From a virus, in the IMG/VR virus record IMGVR_UViG_3300029305_003176: DNA of 64,000 nucleotides, one strand, 5' to 3'. Shown in pieces: positions 42,648 to 54,388 of the stretch. A program made the position numbers and the translations under genes. The notes under the pieces are model-generated. The model saw only the letters and a program-made list of their open reading frames with translations, made no database searches and was not told the DNA's origin. Position 1 is the first letter of the stretch; each line of letters begins with the position of its first letter.

Positions 42648-44972
42648 CTAATTAACATAGTTATATGTGATTACTGCTGAAAATTCATTGGTTAAATCGT
42701 GCCAATCGTGCAATCCTAACCTACCATTGGTGCCAATGTACCCCGAAGCTGATTGTGTATAATCTTCTGATATAATAAAATCAATATAATAGGCTGGTTT
42801 TGGTAAGTTCGTTACCATAAGTCCACTATTTTCACCGAATGTGACGCAATCTATATACACTACTGCAAGCTTCAAAGTAGGATGATAATAACATACAACT
42901 TCACCACTGCCTGAACTAAGGCTACTTGAATAGGTTAATACCTTTGTGAACCACCCATTAGGTAAGCTATGTTCTGTTGCCAATATAACGTCACCTGATG
43001 TTGTAGATACACATATATTACCACTCTCTTCTAATAAGCCTGTTATAATGCCATCTGATGTTGCATACCCATCATGTGTATGACTACTTGTTGCAGCACC
43101 TATGTTAGCAGGTGTACAGTAGCTTGTATAATTGCTTGAATCAAGTATTGAATATGTTGTCTGTTGGTCTGCTGTGGCTCGTAATAACCCACCATTAGGT
43201 GCACCACCCATATATATGTGACCAAGGACACCATTTGAATTCTTGAAAGACATACCTGCACCATAGGCACTTCCTGCTCTTTCAATAGTTAAAGCACCGA
43301 AAGATTCAGTTGATACTGTGCCACCACTTGTTGACAATTTGTCATTCAATGCTGCATTTATAACCTTGTTCTGTACAGGATTTGTACTTGTGTCAGACAA
43401 TGCACTATCAATAGTAACACCACCTGTGCCAATTAGTTCTTTAAGTTCTAAAAGGCTTGTTTCATCATCTGTGCCATATCCTGCAATTACATCAAGTTCA
43501 CTCTTTACATCCTTCTTAAAATCTGTATCCATGTGACACACAAATCCTGAGCCAGTAGCAGTACTTCCTAAAGTAAAACCAGTATCCTCATAATACGACA
43601 ACAATACACCTGTAGATGTTAAATCTAAATATAATGGTGTCGAATTACCAAAGAAGTCAGTTGCAATTAGTTTAACTACATAGTTACTATCTGTTAATAT
43701 CTTGTCTGTCCAACAAGTCTTAGCAACTCCACTAACCAATGCTTCTTCATCACCACAATTTGTTTTAGATGTTCCATAAGTGGCTTGTAAGGTACATGCA
43801 TTCTTACCATTACAAGAACTATAAATAGCAGTGGCTTGAACCAATGCACTTGTACCTTCATCACTAACTGCCCCAGATGAATTGCATCTTAGAACACTTG
43901 CATTAGATACAGATGGTACATTATAAGCATATAGGGTAATTGGAACAATCTCTTCGGCTAGATTCCCTCTACTATCAGTAACCTTAACAGTAAAGTTGAT
44001 AGTTTCACTTTCTGAAGATGTTGTTTTATACAAAACACCCGTTGTTAAAGTGTTTGTATTAGAAGAGTATCCTGCGCCAGATATATAATAGGTACTTATA
44101 GAACTTCCATATGTTCCTGTAGCACTAGCAGATATTTTAATCTTAGATTTACCATTAACATAAATACCCCACGAACTAGGCACAACAGAATCTGCTTGAG
44201 ATATACTTGTGTGTACTGTTGGTTTAACAGTTTTAGGGACTGTTAAGGTTATAGTACAAGATTTTGTATCTCCTATTTTTGTACCTGAACTATTATAAGT
44301 TTCGCAAGAAATAGTACATATAGCAGATGAGACATTAGGTATCATAGGAGCAAATGTTTCAACTTTTGGAGTCCAAGGATGCTCGGCACCAACATTTGTA
44401 GCAATAGTATCACTATGTCCATTAAAACTATATTTAAGTGTATGAGTGTATGTGTTATTTGTTCTATTGGTATTAATTGTCACTGACGAACCCATTTCTA
44501 AAGTGCTTGTTGAAACTGTTGGAATAGAAGGGTTATTTGCAACAACTGTAATTTTATCTAATGTTACTGTATTATATACCGAAAATGCATTTACGGTATG
44601 AGTAGTTGTAGTACCCTCATCATCGTCAGATGTAAATGTGAATCCAGCCATATAAAAACTTATTGTCCCAGATTTTGTACCATCTGAATTATGGTATACA
44701 CGATATGTTCGACTAGCTAATGTATATACACCGCCACTAGCAGATGCATAATTTGTAGTTCCATGATAAGTCGAAGCCGAATCAATACATAAAAGAGAGT
44801 ATGCCTTACTTCTAAGATTATGAGCATATGTAACTGTCGGAACTGTTACGCTTACTGTAACATCAGAATAATTATTAGTAGTATTGGCTACACTACTCCA
44901 ATTAACAGTTATTGTACCTAAAGACAAACCCGAAGTGCTATAAACAGCACTACTAAAACTTCCATTAGCCAT
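42648..44972 (-). CDS. tail fibre / receptor-binding protein (Ser/Thr-rich)
   Basis: 774 aa of low-complexity S/T/N/G-rich repeats. Position after Tal. Confidence 0.5.
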   Translation of the reverse strand: MANGSFSSAVYSTSGLSLGTITVNWSSVANTTNNYSDVTVSVTVPTVTYAHNLRSKAYSLLCIDSASTYHGTTNYASASGGVYTLASRTYRVYHNSDGTKSGTISFYMAGFTFTSDDDEGTTTTHTVNAFSVYNTVTLDKITVVANNPSIPTVSTSTLEMGSSVTINTNRTNNTYTHTLKYSFNGHSDTIATNVGAEHPWTPKVETFAPMIPNVSSAICTISCETYNSSGTKIGDTKSCTITLTVPKTVKPTVHTSISQADSVVPSSWGIYVNGKSKIKISASATGTYGSSISTYYISGAGYSSNTNTLTTGVLYKTTSSESETINFTVKVTDSRGNLAEEIVPITLYAYNVPSVSNASVLRCNSSGAVSDEGTSALVQATAIYSSCNGKNACTLQATYGTSKTNCGDEEALVSGVAKTCWTDKILTDSNYVVKLIATDFFGNSTPLYLDLTSTGVLLSYYEDTGFTLGSTATGSGFVCHMDTDFKKDVKSELDVIAGYGTDDETSLLELKELIGTGGVTIDSALSDTSTNPVQNKVINAALNDKLSTSGGTVSTESFGALTIERAGSAYGAGMSFKNSNGVLGHIYMGGAPNGGLLRATADQQTTYSILDSSNYTSYCTPANIGAATSSHTHDGYATSDGIITGLLEESGNICVSTTSGDVILATEHSLPNGWFTKVLTYSSSLSSGSGEVVCYYHPTLKLAVVYIDCVTFGENSGLMVTNLPKPAYYIDFIISEDYTQSASGYIGTNGRLGLHDWHDLTNEFSAVITYNYVN

Positions 44973-44975
44973 ATG

Positions 44976-47900
44976 TTATACACCTCCCCTTATATATTTT
45001 ACATTTAATCCATTTGCTGTTTTTTCATATAAATAATTTCCGAGTATAAATCTATCTTCCACTTGTGCACTTGTAATATTCATAGTTTTATTACTTATGT
45101 AAGCAACCTTATCATCACCATCTAAAAATGCTAATTCTGTTTCTGTTAATTGCGTTTTAAACGAACTTTCACTATTTCCCAATATAAGTCCATCTTCAGT
45201 AAATTGCATATGTTTATTTATATTTGTCGAAAGTCCATCAACATCGGTTTGAACTGTAGTTATATCGACTTTAAAACCACTTACATCGCCCTCTAATTTT
45301 CCAACACGTTGTATAACACTTTCTGTCTGTTCAGAAATAATATTATCAACATCATCTTTGGTTGTATAATTCTTACTCCAAATTTGATTGATTCCGTCAG
45401 CATTTAAAGAAATCGCCGCTTGTTGAGTTTCGATTGCCTTATTAAGAGAAGTATTAACATCATCAATATTCTTTTTTAATTCATCGTAGTTAGTAGTAAC
45501 AGTTTCACCAACTTCAATTTTAAAACCATCTACCGTTTGTTCTAAATCACTATATTTTTTAAGTAAAGCTTCGGTATTTTGATTATTATTAGCGTTAGCA
45601 TTAGCCAATGCTTGTCCGTCTGTTGTATTCCTATAATACTCAACATACATAAGAGCATTATCTGTGGCAGACACGACAGTAGTAGGGTTGTAAGTTTGTA
45701 ATGCTCTGTATTGAGCCATTTCATCTTCGGTTAGTGGAATTTCAATCGGTGTGGCAAGTTCGTAAATTAAATACACATCACTCATAGCAGATTTAAAAGA
45801 CGTAGCGTCCGTATAATCTTTATCCACTATATGAATAACTCCGTTTTGATTGATTGATATTCTTTTATCATTAACCTCACTCCAAGTATTTTGTGCATAG
45901 TCTACTCTGTAATGTGTACAAAGTAAATTAGCCAAACTCCACGCACTATCAGTATGCTTTGCATTTAATGGGTTTGCTTGAAATCTTGAGCCTGATACAC
46001 TCCAATTCAAAGTACCTAAATCAATAACGCCAACTCTCTGTATCAACACACCTCTGGCTAAGTCTACTTCATCCTTAACATCGCCTACACTGTTTAAGCC
46101 ATTTTGAATTTTAAATAAGGCTTGTGTTTCTCCGTATTTATCTTGTGGGGAATAACTAATAACAATGTTTTGGTAATTAACTACGGACTTATCAAGATTC
46201 GCTCTTATATAGTAACAATTGCTTGGCGTTGTCACATCAAAGTAGTTTGTACCTAAATAAGTCGATATATATTTCTTGTCTTTATCATAGTAGAACAATC
46301 TTACATTTCTTGTAGTAGAAATGTCGAAACCATACACATATAATTTACTATTAGGAGTGACTTTCATATAGTTTGTTCTATACAAGGTGTCACTCGGCAT
46401 ATCTGTTCCATCCGTAGTGTAAGCTCCACCCATTTCTACATATCTAACAAGATTTACTGTACTGTTAACCAATATTTTATATTTTCCGCTTGTTTCATCA
46501 TATGTTCCAACACTCTCAATTTCACTTGAAAATTCTGGACTGGGGCTTACTCCATATTGTTCATATTCAGTAGAAGCAGAACCTTCTTCTATTTGAATAT
46601 CAATATTACTAAATAAATTTGTAAATCTTTCATCATTTCCGTATAAAGCGGCTAAATAAATCTTTCCACTTTCTCCAGTTGTGAAAGTTAGTGTTTTTTT
46701 ATTCAATATTGGTTCGTTATAGCCATTATTAACATAAAACAATGTATTAGTAGTATCTTCATATAAATAAAATTGTAAATTAAATGCTCTATTTGCAGAT
46801 ATATTATTAGCAAATCTGGTTATTGTATATTCTGTATTTGGTAGTAAATCTATTGTTGTAGTGTACCAATTTACTCCTATATTGCTATTAGATGTATAAT
46901 TAGAACCTTTTTTTGCTCTTTCTTCATCAAACTTGTTCTTACCACTTCTTGTTTTTTGTGTACTTCTACCATAAATATTCATACCAATATAACCACCATC
47001 AGCACTATCGGTAAGGACTATAGGAGAAGAAGCAGTAGTAGAATTAGTATTATTTTCAACCTCTAACCCCTCAATAGCTTTTTCAACTTCTTCTTGAATT
47101 TGTTCACTAAAAGAAGCATCAATACCATCCTTAGTAATTCTAAAACTACCGTTTTCATTGGTGATTTCCATATTTTCACCAATAATCCATTTACCAAGTA
47201 AGTATTCTGCATTAATACCATAACCAATAGTTCCATCAGGTAATATTAATCTACCAATGGCAGTTTTAATGTCTTCCCAATTATTATCTGTAAACACAAT
47301 ATTATTAGATGTAATCCATATCTGTTCAGGGTCAACTTTGTTAGTATCAGGATTAATTCTTCTTCCCTTAAGACCAGATTCTGTTATTTCCATAGATTGT
47401 CCATCACTTGCTTTGACTGCATTGAGTGTTAAGTCTAAACTAGATTGCATGAAAGAATTCATTCTATCAAGGCTACCACTATTAACTGCTTTGCCATATT
47501 TACTTCTTTCATAGGTAAGCGTAGAAGCAGCATTAGATACATTTGCTTGCCAATCTTTAAACAAAGCTTGTGCATCGGAAGTTCTATATTTATTGCCCAA
47601 TGTAAGAGCAACAGTCTTATCTTCATAATTAACATCAATTTTAAGCAATACATAGGTAACAATATTATCATCATCCAATGCGATATCAATTAAACAACCT
47701 GTCTCTAACTGTTCTGTATAATCGGCAAATTCCTTTTGGAATATAAAGTTGTTAGTATCAATTGTTAGTTCTTCGGCAGGATATCCTAAATTTTCGGATA
47801 CCTCTTTACCCTTGTCATATAATTGCTTAATAATATCGTATTCTTCAGCATAAGTCATGTTCTCAGTAATGTTAAGATTGTCTTCGACATAACTTGATTC

Positions 47901-49067
47901 ATATATATATGCATCTAATTCTTTAATCTCATCTACAGTAAAGTTCGTTTCAAAACTACAATCTGCATAGATAGTATTAAATCTTTCCTGTAGAGTATTA
48001 ATCTCAGCTTCTTTATTATTTTTATTTGTATTATATTGCTCCAACAAACTTCTTTGCTCTGTTATAAGAGTATTTAAAGAAACTATAGATTCTTCATTAA
48101 TACTGTCTACGCCCATTTGTTTCTCGTAAAGAGTAATCTTTTCGTTAGCAGTATTAATATCTGTTTGGATACTTTGTAACTCTGTCATAAGAGTAGCGAG
48201 AGAGTTACGATTAGTTTCCATCTCTGGTTCATAAGTCTTTATCTTATTTTCCCATATAGTAAGCTTATTTCTTAAACTTTCGCTCATCCAAGGCTTGTAA
48301 TATGAGAAATTATATAAAGTAGCAGTACCGAGTGGATTTAATGAATTTATAGTAATATCATCTTCACCATAAATAGAGATAGCAGTATATATATTTTCAA
48401 CCTTTGTGTTGGTCTTTATACTTGATATAACGTCTTCTCTACTTAGGCAGATTGTTGTTTTCTTAATGTAATTATTCTTATCATATACATAAATCTCTTT
48501 AGTCTTAATATCAAATTCAAAGATGCATTCATAAGACTCTTCGCAATCTTCCATTAAGAAAGCGTATAAGGTAGTGTCTGGCTCATCAAAAGTACGCCAT
48601 CTCTCTGCTACAGCATCATCAATGTGTGCAATACTCCAGCGTGGAAGAGATTGCATAATCTCGTCCATAAGACCTCTTTTTTCATTACCTTCTTCGTCTG
48701 TAAAAGTTCCGTAAAATTTATATGTACCCTTGAAATAATTAAGTTTTTTATAACTTAATTCGTGTTCGCAAGATAGAAGAGTAAGAGATTTATATTCACC
48801 TTCATCATCCTTGTAATCTTCGCAAGCAGTAATAATAAAATAACCTCTATCTTCGACATATAACTGTCTTTTTACTTCAACAGCATCATATGTTTCGGTG
48901 AGGTTATCTATTTTATATATTGTACAAGACATTTCAGACACGGCATTAAACTCAGGAGATATATTAATATCTCTAACTTCAACAAAGTCTATAAATTCAT
49001 CGGATGGTTGTCTTAAAGACACTACTAAATCATCATAATTGTTATAAGTGTCAAATTTAGCTATCAT
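44976..49067 (-). CDS. tail-associated protein (Tal / 'phage minor structural protein, N-terminal region' / prophage tail endopeptidase family)
   Basis: 1363 aa. The N-terminal 400 aa show Siphoviridae Tal-type organisation. Position downstream of Dit. Confidence 0.55.
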   Translation of the reverse strand: MIAKFDTYNNYDDLVVSLRQPSDEFIDFVEVRDINISPEFNAVSEMSCTIYKIDNLTETYDAVEVKRQLYVEDRGYFIITACEDYKDDEGEYKSLTLLSCEHELSYKKLNYFKGTYKFYGTFTDEEGNEKRGLMDEIMQSLPRWSIAHIDDAVAERWRTFDEPDTTLYAFLMEDCEESYECIFEFDIKTKEIYVYDKNNYIKKTTICLSREDVISSIKTNTKVENIYTAISIYGEDDITINSLNPLGTATLYNFSYYKPWMSESLRNKLTIWENKIKTYEPEMETNRNSLATLMTELQSIQTDINTANEKITLYEKQMGVDSINEESIVSLNTLITEQRSLLEQYNTNKNNKEAEINTLQERFNTIYADCSFETNFTVDEIKELDAYIYESSYVEDNLNITENMTYAEEYDIIKQLYDKGKEVSENLGYPAEELTIDTNNFIFQKEFADYTEQLETGCLIDIALDDDNIVTYVLLKIDVNYEDKTVALTLGNKYRTSDAQALFKDWQANVSNAASTLTYERSKYGKAVNSGSLDRMNSFMQSSLDLTLNAVKASDGQSMEITESGLKGRRINPDTNKVDPEQIWITSNNIVFTDNNWEDIKTAIGRLILPDGTIGYGINAEYLLGKWIIGENMEITNENGSFRITKDGIDASFSEQIQEEVEKAIEGLEVENNTNSTTASSPIVLTDSADGGYIGMNIYGRSTQKTRSGKNKFDEERAKKGSNYTSNSNIGVNWYTTTIDLLPNTEYTITRFANNISANRAFNLQFYLYEDTTNTLFYVNNGYNEPILNKKTLTFTTGESGKIYLAALYGNDERFTNLFSNIDIQIEEGSASTEYEQYGVSPSPEFSSEIESVGTYDETSGKYKILVNSTVNLVRYVEMGGAYTTDGTDMPSDTLYRTNYMKVTPNSKLYVYGFDISTTRNVRLFYYDKDKKYISTYLGTNYFDVTTPSNCYYIRANLDKSVVNYQNIVISYSPQDKYGETQALFKIQNGLNSVGDVKDEVDLARGVLIQRVGVIDLGTLNWSVSGSRFQANPLNAKHTDSAWSLANLLCTHYRVDYAQNTWSEVNDKRISINQNGVIHIVDKDYTDATSFKSAMSDVYLIYELATPIEIPLTEDEMAQYRALQTYNPTTVVSATDNALMYVEYYRNTTDGQALANANANNNQNTEALLKKYSDLEQTVDGFKIEVGETVTTNYDELKKNIDDVNTSLNKAIETQQAAISLNADGINQIWSKNYTTKDDVDNIISEQTESVIQRVGKLEGDVSGFKVDITTVQTDVDGLSTNINKHMQFTEDGLILGNSESSFKTQLTETELAFLDGDDKVAYISNKTMNITSAQVEDRFILGNYLYEKTANGLNVKYIRGGV

Positions 49068-49867
49068 TAGTTAATCACCTTTCCAATCTTATAATTAAAA
49101 GTAAGTTCAGAGATATCTCCAACAATTCCTATGTTATTTGTTCCTTGCATCAATCTAGGGAATTTTTTGTTAAATGATTCATATAAAGGCTCCCTATTTT
49201 TTAGAAGAGAGGTGATTGTTTTTGGGAAAGAAGATATAGTTATAGTGTCATTTGGTAACGCATCAGTAATAGATATAAGTCTATTATTATCTGATACATT
49301 CTGAACAACAATATCTCCACCAGTTTCTCCTGTCTTAATAATAAGAGTAGGATATGTATATTCCCTAACGTCTGTATTATTTTCTAAATTTACAGTATTA
49401 ACTAATTCATCATAGGTATATGTTGTAGAAACTTCTGACCATTTAAATACAGAATCTGCTTTTAATGTAGCTTTAATTCCATATATTCCGTATCCTTCTT
49501 CGCCAAAAAGTTGTATCTTTTCTGCATCTGTAAAAATACAATTTATGTATTCGTCTGACCAAGAGTTCAGTTTAAATTTTGCAAAATTAGATCTATTTAA
49601 AAGCCAATTACAAATTTCATTAAACTTGTCATCGAGTTTTGTATATGGCGAAAGAAATTCAACTTCATATTCAAAACTCTTTTCATATTTTATTTCTTGC
49701 ATTTTATGTTGTGGTGATTTAGCATTTCTATATGTTGTATATTCAAAACCACCACCTACTTCTTGATTGATTGTTGTATCAATAGAAGCTAAAATAAGTT
49801 CGTATTCTTCAGAAGAAACATTATTATAAGTAAAATAATCTGCGTTACAATTTATCAAAATAGTCAC
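49067..49867 (-). CDS. distal tail protein (Dit, Sipho_tail family)
   Basis: 266 aa immediately between the tape-measure-like gene and Tal. Start overlaps the Tal stop. Confidence 0.5.
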   Translation of the reverse strand: MTILINCNADYFTYNNVSSEEYELILASIDTTINQEVGGGFEYTTYRNAKSPQHKMQEIKYEKSFEYEVEFLSPYTKLDDKFNEICNWLLNRSNFAKFKLNSWSDEYINCIFTDAEKIQLFGEEGYGIYGIKATLKADSVFKWSEVSTTYTYDELVNTVNLENNTDVREYTYPTLIIKTGETGGDIVVQNVSDNNRLISITDALPNDTITISSFPKTITSLLKNREPLYESFNKKFPRLMQGTNNIGIVGDISELTFNYKIGKVIN

Positions 49868-49936
49868 CCCGTTTTCTTTTTTTTATGCAATTAAAAATGC
49901 TACATAGCCGTATTGCAGACTATGTAGCATAATATT

Positions 49937-52900
49937 TTATCTGCCAGATTTTAATCTGGATTTGTTAATTGATGTGAATACATCGTTTACTATGTCTTTT
50001 CTAAACTTATTCAGGTCAGCCATAGTTAAATCTCCCATATTACCATTTATATTAATATCTCCAATTGATATAATATTTTGTGGTTGTATACCTGCAAAAG
50101 CAGGAGTAGAGATAGGGTTAAAACTCTTTTGAACTAAGTAAGACCCCATATCTATAAGTTCCTGTAAATTAGGAAGCACATTTGCTAGTTTTGGCAATGC
50201 TTCTAAAACAGGTTGTGTTTGATGTTCATTAAGAACAAGTTCTTTTTGATGTAAGTACGCAAGACCCTCATCGTTTCCAGTATATCCACCCGTCTTAAAT
50301 GGAATAATAAGTTTTTGACCTGGAACAATAAGATTGCTATCATCAATATTATTATAATCACGAATCTTTTCCCATTCAGTTCCTTGACCATAATAATCTC
50401 TTGCAATACTCCATAAACTTTCACCCTTTTGAACAATATGCTCTTTTGGCTTTTTGTTTGAGGTATTAGAAGTAGTAGGAGTAGTGTCTTTATTGTCTGT
50501 GCCAGTACCTGAGCCAGAACCAGTAGTGTTAGAACCACTGTTGGTGCCAGTTTTACCCGGAACATTAACTATCTGATTCATAATATTAGAATCGGTAAGC
50601 TTATTATCTACTTCTGTCTCTTTAAGTCTTTCATAGAGTTCTGCAACAGTTTCAAGTTCGCCCTTGAAATTACCTAATGCAGTTTGAGCCTTTTCCCATT
50701 TGTCACGAACATCTGCATCAATAGTAGAGCCAAATTCTTTATTCCAAGAAATAAGCCTATCATATAGAGTATCGGACTCTTCCTGCATCATGCGGTTTGC
50801 TTCTTTGATTAAATATTCTTCGTTATCAAGTAACTCTTGAATCTTATCAATTTCAGCTTGTGTTTTTTCATCGTAGGCTTCGGCTTCTTTATCAAGACGC
50901 TCTATTTCCTGTTCATATTCATAGTCTGTAATATAATCAGAAAGTTCCTTTTGTGCGTCAACCAACTCTTCTTGAAGTTCTCTAAGCTTCTTTTGAGCAG
51001 CGGCAGAATTATCATATTTCAAAGCATCAATTTGTAACTGAATATCAGTAACAGCTTTATTCTTTTCATTTAATTCTTCTTCGTGGTCAGCTTCATCTTT
51101 CATTAACTCAATAATTTCTTTACGAGCTTCGATTTCCTCATTGAACTTTTCACGCTTTTCTTCAAGAGCCTCTATTTCAGCTTCCATAGTCTGCTTGATC
51201 ATATCAATGGTCATATCACGAAGATCTTTAATATCAGATATAGCGTCTGATTGTAAACCTCTTAAACCTTTATATACTTCTTCTTCATATTGACGATATT
51301 CGTCAAGATATTCTTCACGATTAGCAAAGTATTTTTGATTAAGACTATCAAGAGTAGCATAGTACTGAGCTTGAGTAATCTCATCCATTTCAAGCATGTG
51401 CTTTAATGTTGCGAAATATGTGTTAAATTCTTCTTTCCAAGAATCAGTAGAAGATGAACCTTTATCAGAAACATTTTCCCATTTAGAATCTTCTTTTTGA
51501 ATATCTGTAGGGTCATATACAAGTTTATTTAATTCTTCTATCGCCTTATTATATCTGTCGGCTTCAGCTTGAATTTTATCTAAATATTCTTTGAATGCTA
51601 ATTCTAAACCTTCTGCATCATCTGCATCATTAGTAAATGAACCACCATCAAAAACGCTAGTATCAATTTTGTATAAACCAGTTGTTTCGTCCTTAATAAG
51701 TTTTGCATATCTATCTAAATCAATACCATACTTATTTAATAAATTATTCTTTTGACTGAATACTGCGTTTTGTTCGTCTTCTAAAAGTTTAAGGAAAGTT
51801 GTTTGTAATTCGGTTTTTGCTTGGGTAAGATTTTTCCAACTCTTAAAATCATCGCTATAAAGAGTTTTTAATTTATCAAAGACTTCTGGATACTTATCTT
51901 TCATTGAATTCCAATAAATATCATCTGCCTCAGTCTTTGCTTTAAGTTCCGCTAAATACTCATCTCTGTCTGAGTTATAAGCACTTTCTAATTCAGCAAA
52001 TAATTCTTCTTCAGAAATTAAACCTAATCTGTATCTATAAGCTGCTTCATTAAGTTCTGGATATAACTCTACCATCTTCGTTAAAGTATCAAGAGATACC
52101 TTACCATTAGATTCTATTTCTTCATTTGCAGAGAATACTATATCGGCACCATCTTTCAGCTTTGAATAAGCTTTATTGATTTCTTCAAATAAAGATGAAT
52201 AATTCTTTTTAGACTTAGACGTTCCCTCTTTAATTTGTCTCTTGAGCCATTCGTGGAATTCTTCTTCTGAATAACTAAGTGCCTCAATTAATGAATTTAC
52301 ATCAATGCCTTTATTTGCTACAAATTCTTTAAAGAGTTCAAGATATTCATTAGCAACTTCTTCATTGCCTGTATCTGTGGCTTCTGAATAAGCTTTATAA
52401 TACTCACGTAACTGAGATTCTTGTTCTATGTCCCCACCTGTTAAAGAATTTATCCAATCATTTTTATCTTTTGATTTCTGATTGAATTGACGAATGCGTT
52501 TTTGCATCTCAGAATCTTTTAAGATATAACCTTTTTCTTCGTCTGAATACTTATCCCAATACTCTTTTGGAATTTGTTCAAGAACTGTTTGTTGTTCTTC
52601 TGTGAACACTTTTCCAATATCATTTAAATAAGATAACAGAGAATCAATATTACCTTGGAAATATTGATTAGCTATAGCTTGTAGATTGCTAAGAGCTTGT
52701 TTTTTATCGAAAGTCTCTGTATTATAATCAAAACTCTTTAAATCTTCAATACTATATTCTTGTAACGTTTGTAAATCTTTAGATAATGCATCATTAATTC
52801 CTACAGAATATTGTCCGACCAACCCTTTTCTATTTATACTTGAATTAATCTTTAAGGCATTTTCAAAATCAAAAACATTTAATTCATTAGTTAATTTAGG

Positions 52901-54223
52901 GTACATCTGTTCAAAATAATCCTGAACTGAACTAGAAGTATTTTTTATTGCTGTGCTGATTGATGTAAGCAAATCGTTTTTAGCATCTTCAATTGTTTTA
53001 CGATCTCCGCCCTCTATAGCAGTGTCATAAGCAACTTTCTTAAATTCTATATCATCATAATAAGCCTTATAAGTTTCATTAGGTTCGATTTGCTCATAAT
53101 AAACGGTCTGATTATGAAGTTCGCCATATGCATCTATATAAGCATCAATATTCGATTTTGCATCTTCTAATGATTTAGTAAATCCTTTGCTTAATGACAT
53201 CTTAGAAGATAATGATTTAATATTTTCAAGAGCGCTTTGTACATCGTACATCGTACCAGATAATACCACACCCTCATCTGTAACTTTTACCATTTCAGGA
53301 TAAAGAGAAGCTATCACACTATCCTCTATAGACCCTTCTAATGTTACAGAATAATTTTCCATAGTATTCTGCAAATCTTCTAAAGGAGTTGTTTGAGAAT
53401 AACTAAAGGCTCCACTGCTTCCGCTTATAATATATTGCATAGCTTTGCCTATAACAGGTATATCTTTAGTTGAGTTAATTATATTATTTTCAATAGATAC
53501 CATTCCATCACCAATACCAATGATAGATTGTTCTATATTTTTCATAAGCGACGATGTAGAACTACCTAAACCTAATGATGTTAAGATATTATTTATTCCC
53601 CTGCCAGATCTATCCATTAAGCCTTCATCATTATATTCATATTTGAGTTGGTCATATTTCTTCTTTGTTAGTTCATCTAACGCATCTACTTGCCCTTTAA
53701 TGGCATCGGTAGTAGCATTAATTACATCCATTTCTGAGCCAAACTTCTCAATGATTTCATCTTGAACATTCATTAAATCAACACGAGCTTGTCCGATTTC
53801 CTCGAAAGTAGAAGATTCATCATTAATTACCTTATTAAGTTCTGTAATTTTTTCTTTATAGCTCTCAATATCTTCTTTAGTCTCTTTAAAAGTTTTTCCA
53901 AGTTCTTGTGCCTTTTCTTTTAAACGTTCCGTGACAGTTGCAATCTCTGTTATTCCCTCTATAACTTTAGAAACTGCAAAAGCAATAGCCATTGAAGCAA
54001 GGGCAGAAACTAACATCTTACCTGCTTTTTTCGCTGCCGACCCTAGACCACCCAACACCTTTTGACCTGTTGTTACGGTCTTGTTTTGATTTCTAAGACT
54101 ATCTGCAAATTCATCTGCTGATTTACCAGTATTCTTTGCATCTTTTGCATAGTTAACTACTTTATTACTCATACCACCAATATGCTCGGCTGCAACCTCA
54201 GCCCTTTCTTTGGTATCTTCCAT
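49937..54223 (-). CDS. giant coiled-coil tail protein with N-terminal hydrophobic segment and C-terminal LysM domain (tape-measure-like)
   Basis: 1428 aa. LysM HIVQKGESLWSIARDYYGQGTEWEKIRDYNNIDDSNLIVPGQKLIIP near the C-terminus. Extensive coiled coil. Confidence 0.5.
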   Translation of the reverse strand: MEDTKERAEVAAEHIGGMSNKVVNYAKDAKNTGKSADEFADSLRNQNKTVTTGQKVLGGLGSAAKKAGKMLVSALASMAIAFAVSKVIEGITEIATVTERLKEKAQELGKTFKETKEDIESYKEKITELNKVINDESSTFEEIGQARVDLMNVQDEIIEKFGSEMDVINATTDAIKGQVDALDELTKKKYDQLKYEYNDEGLMDRSGRGINNILTSLGLGSSTSSLMKNIEQSIIGIGDGMVSIENNIINSTKDIPVIGKAMQYIISGSSGAFSYSQTTPLEDLQNTMENYSVTLEGSIEDSVIASLYPEMVKVTDEGVVLSGTMYDVQSALENIKSLSSKMSLSKGFTKSLEDAKSNIDAYIDAYGELHNQTVYYEQIEPNETYKAYYDDIEFKKVAYDTAIEGGDRKTIEDAKNDLLTSISTAIKNTSSSVQDYFEQMYPKLTNELNVFDFENALKINSSINRKGLVGQYSVGINDALSKDLQTLQEYSIEDLKSFDYNTETFDKKQALSNLQAIANQYFQGNIDSLLSYLNDIGKVFTEEQQTVLEQIPKEYWDKYSDEEKGYILKDSEMQKRIRQFNQKSKDKNDWINSLTGGDIEQESQLREYYKAYSEATDTGNEEVANEYLELFKEFVANKGIDVNSLIEALSYSEEEFHEWLKRQIKEGTSKSKKNYSSLFEEINKAYSKLKDGADIVFSANEEIESNGKVSLDTLTKMVELYPELNEAAYRYRLGLISEEELFAELESAYNSDRDEYLAELKAKTEADDIYWNSMKDKYPEVFDKLKTLYSDDFKSWKNLTQAKTELQTTFLKLLEDEQNAVFSQKNNLLNKYGIDLDRYAKLIKDETTGLYKIDTSVFDGGSFTNDADDAEGLELAFKEYLDKIQAEADRYNKAIEELNKLVYDPTDIQKEDSKWENVSDKGSSSTDSWKEEFNTYFATLKHMLEMDEITQAQYYATLDSLNQKYFANREEYLDEYRQYEEEVYKGLRGLQSDAISDIKDLRDMTIDMIKQTMEAEIEALEEKREKFNEEIEARKEIIELMKDEADHEEELNEKNKAVTDIQLQIDALKYDNSAAAQKKLRELQEELVDAQKELSDYITDYEYEQEIERLDKEAEAYDEKTQAEIDKIQELLDNEEYLIKEANRMMQEESDTLYDRLISWNKEFGSTIDADVRDKWEKAQTALGNFKGELETVAELYERLKETEVDNKLTDSNIMNQIVNVPGKTGTNSGSNTTGSGSGTGTDNKDTTPTTSNTSNKKPKEHIVQKGESLWSIARDYYGQGTEWEKIRDYNNIDDSNLIVPGQKLIIPFKTGGYTGNDEGLAYLHQKELVLNEHQTQPVLEALPKLANVLPNLQELIDMGSYLVQKSFNPISTPAFAGIQPQNIISIGDININGNMGDLTMADLNKFRKDIVNDVFTSINKSRLKSGR

Positions 54224-54337
54224 GCGACTAGTTAGCTGAATATATTGTTGTTTTAATTCTTGGATTTTTGTATCTTCATATTTAGGTATTTTATTTATAG
54301 TAAAGAAATTTTTAAGATCTTTAAATATCTAGACTAT

Positions 54338-54366
54338 TTGACATTATTTGTGGATTATAATATAAT
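54338..54366 (+). promoter_or_regulatory. sigma70-like promoter (TTGACA-17-TATAAT) driving plus-strand moron genes inside the minus-strand tail module
   Basis: Direct read of consensus hexamers. Confidence 0.55.
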
Positions 54367-54388
54367 ATCTTAAAGGAGTTGATACAAA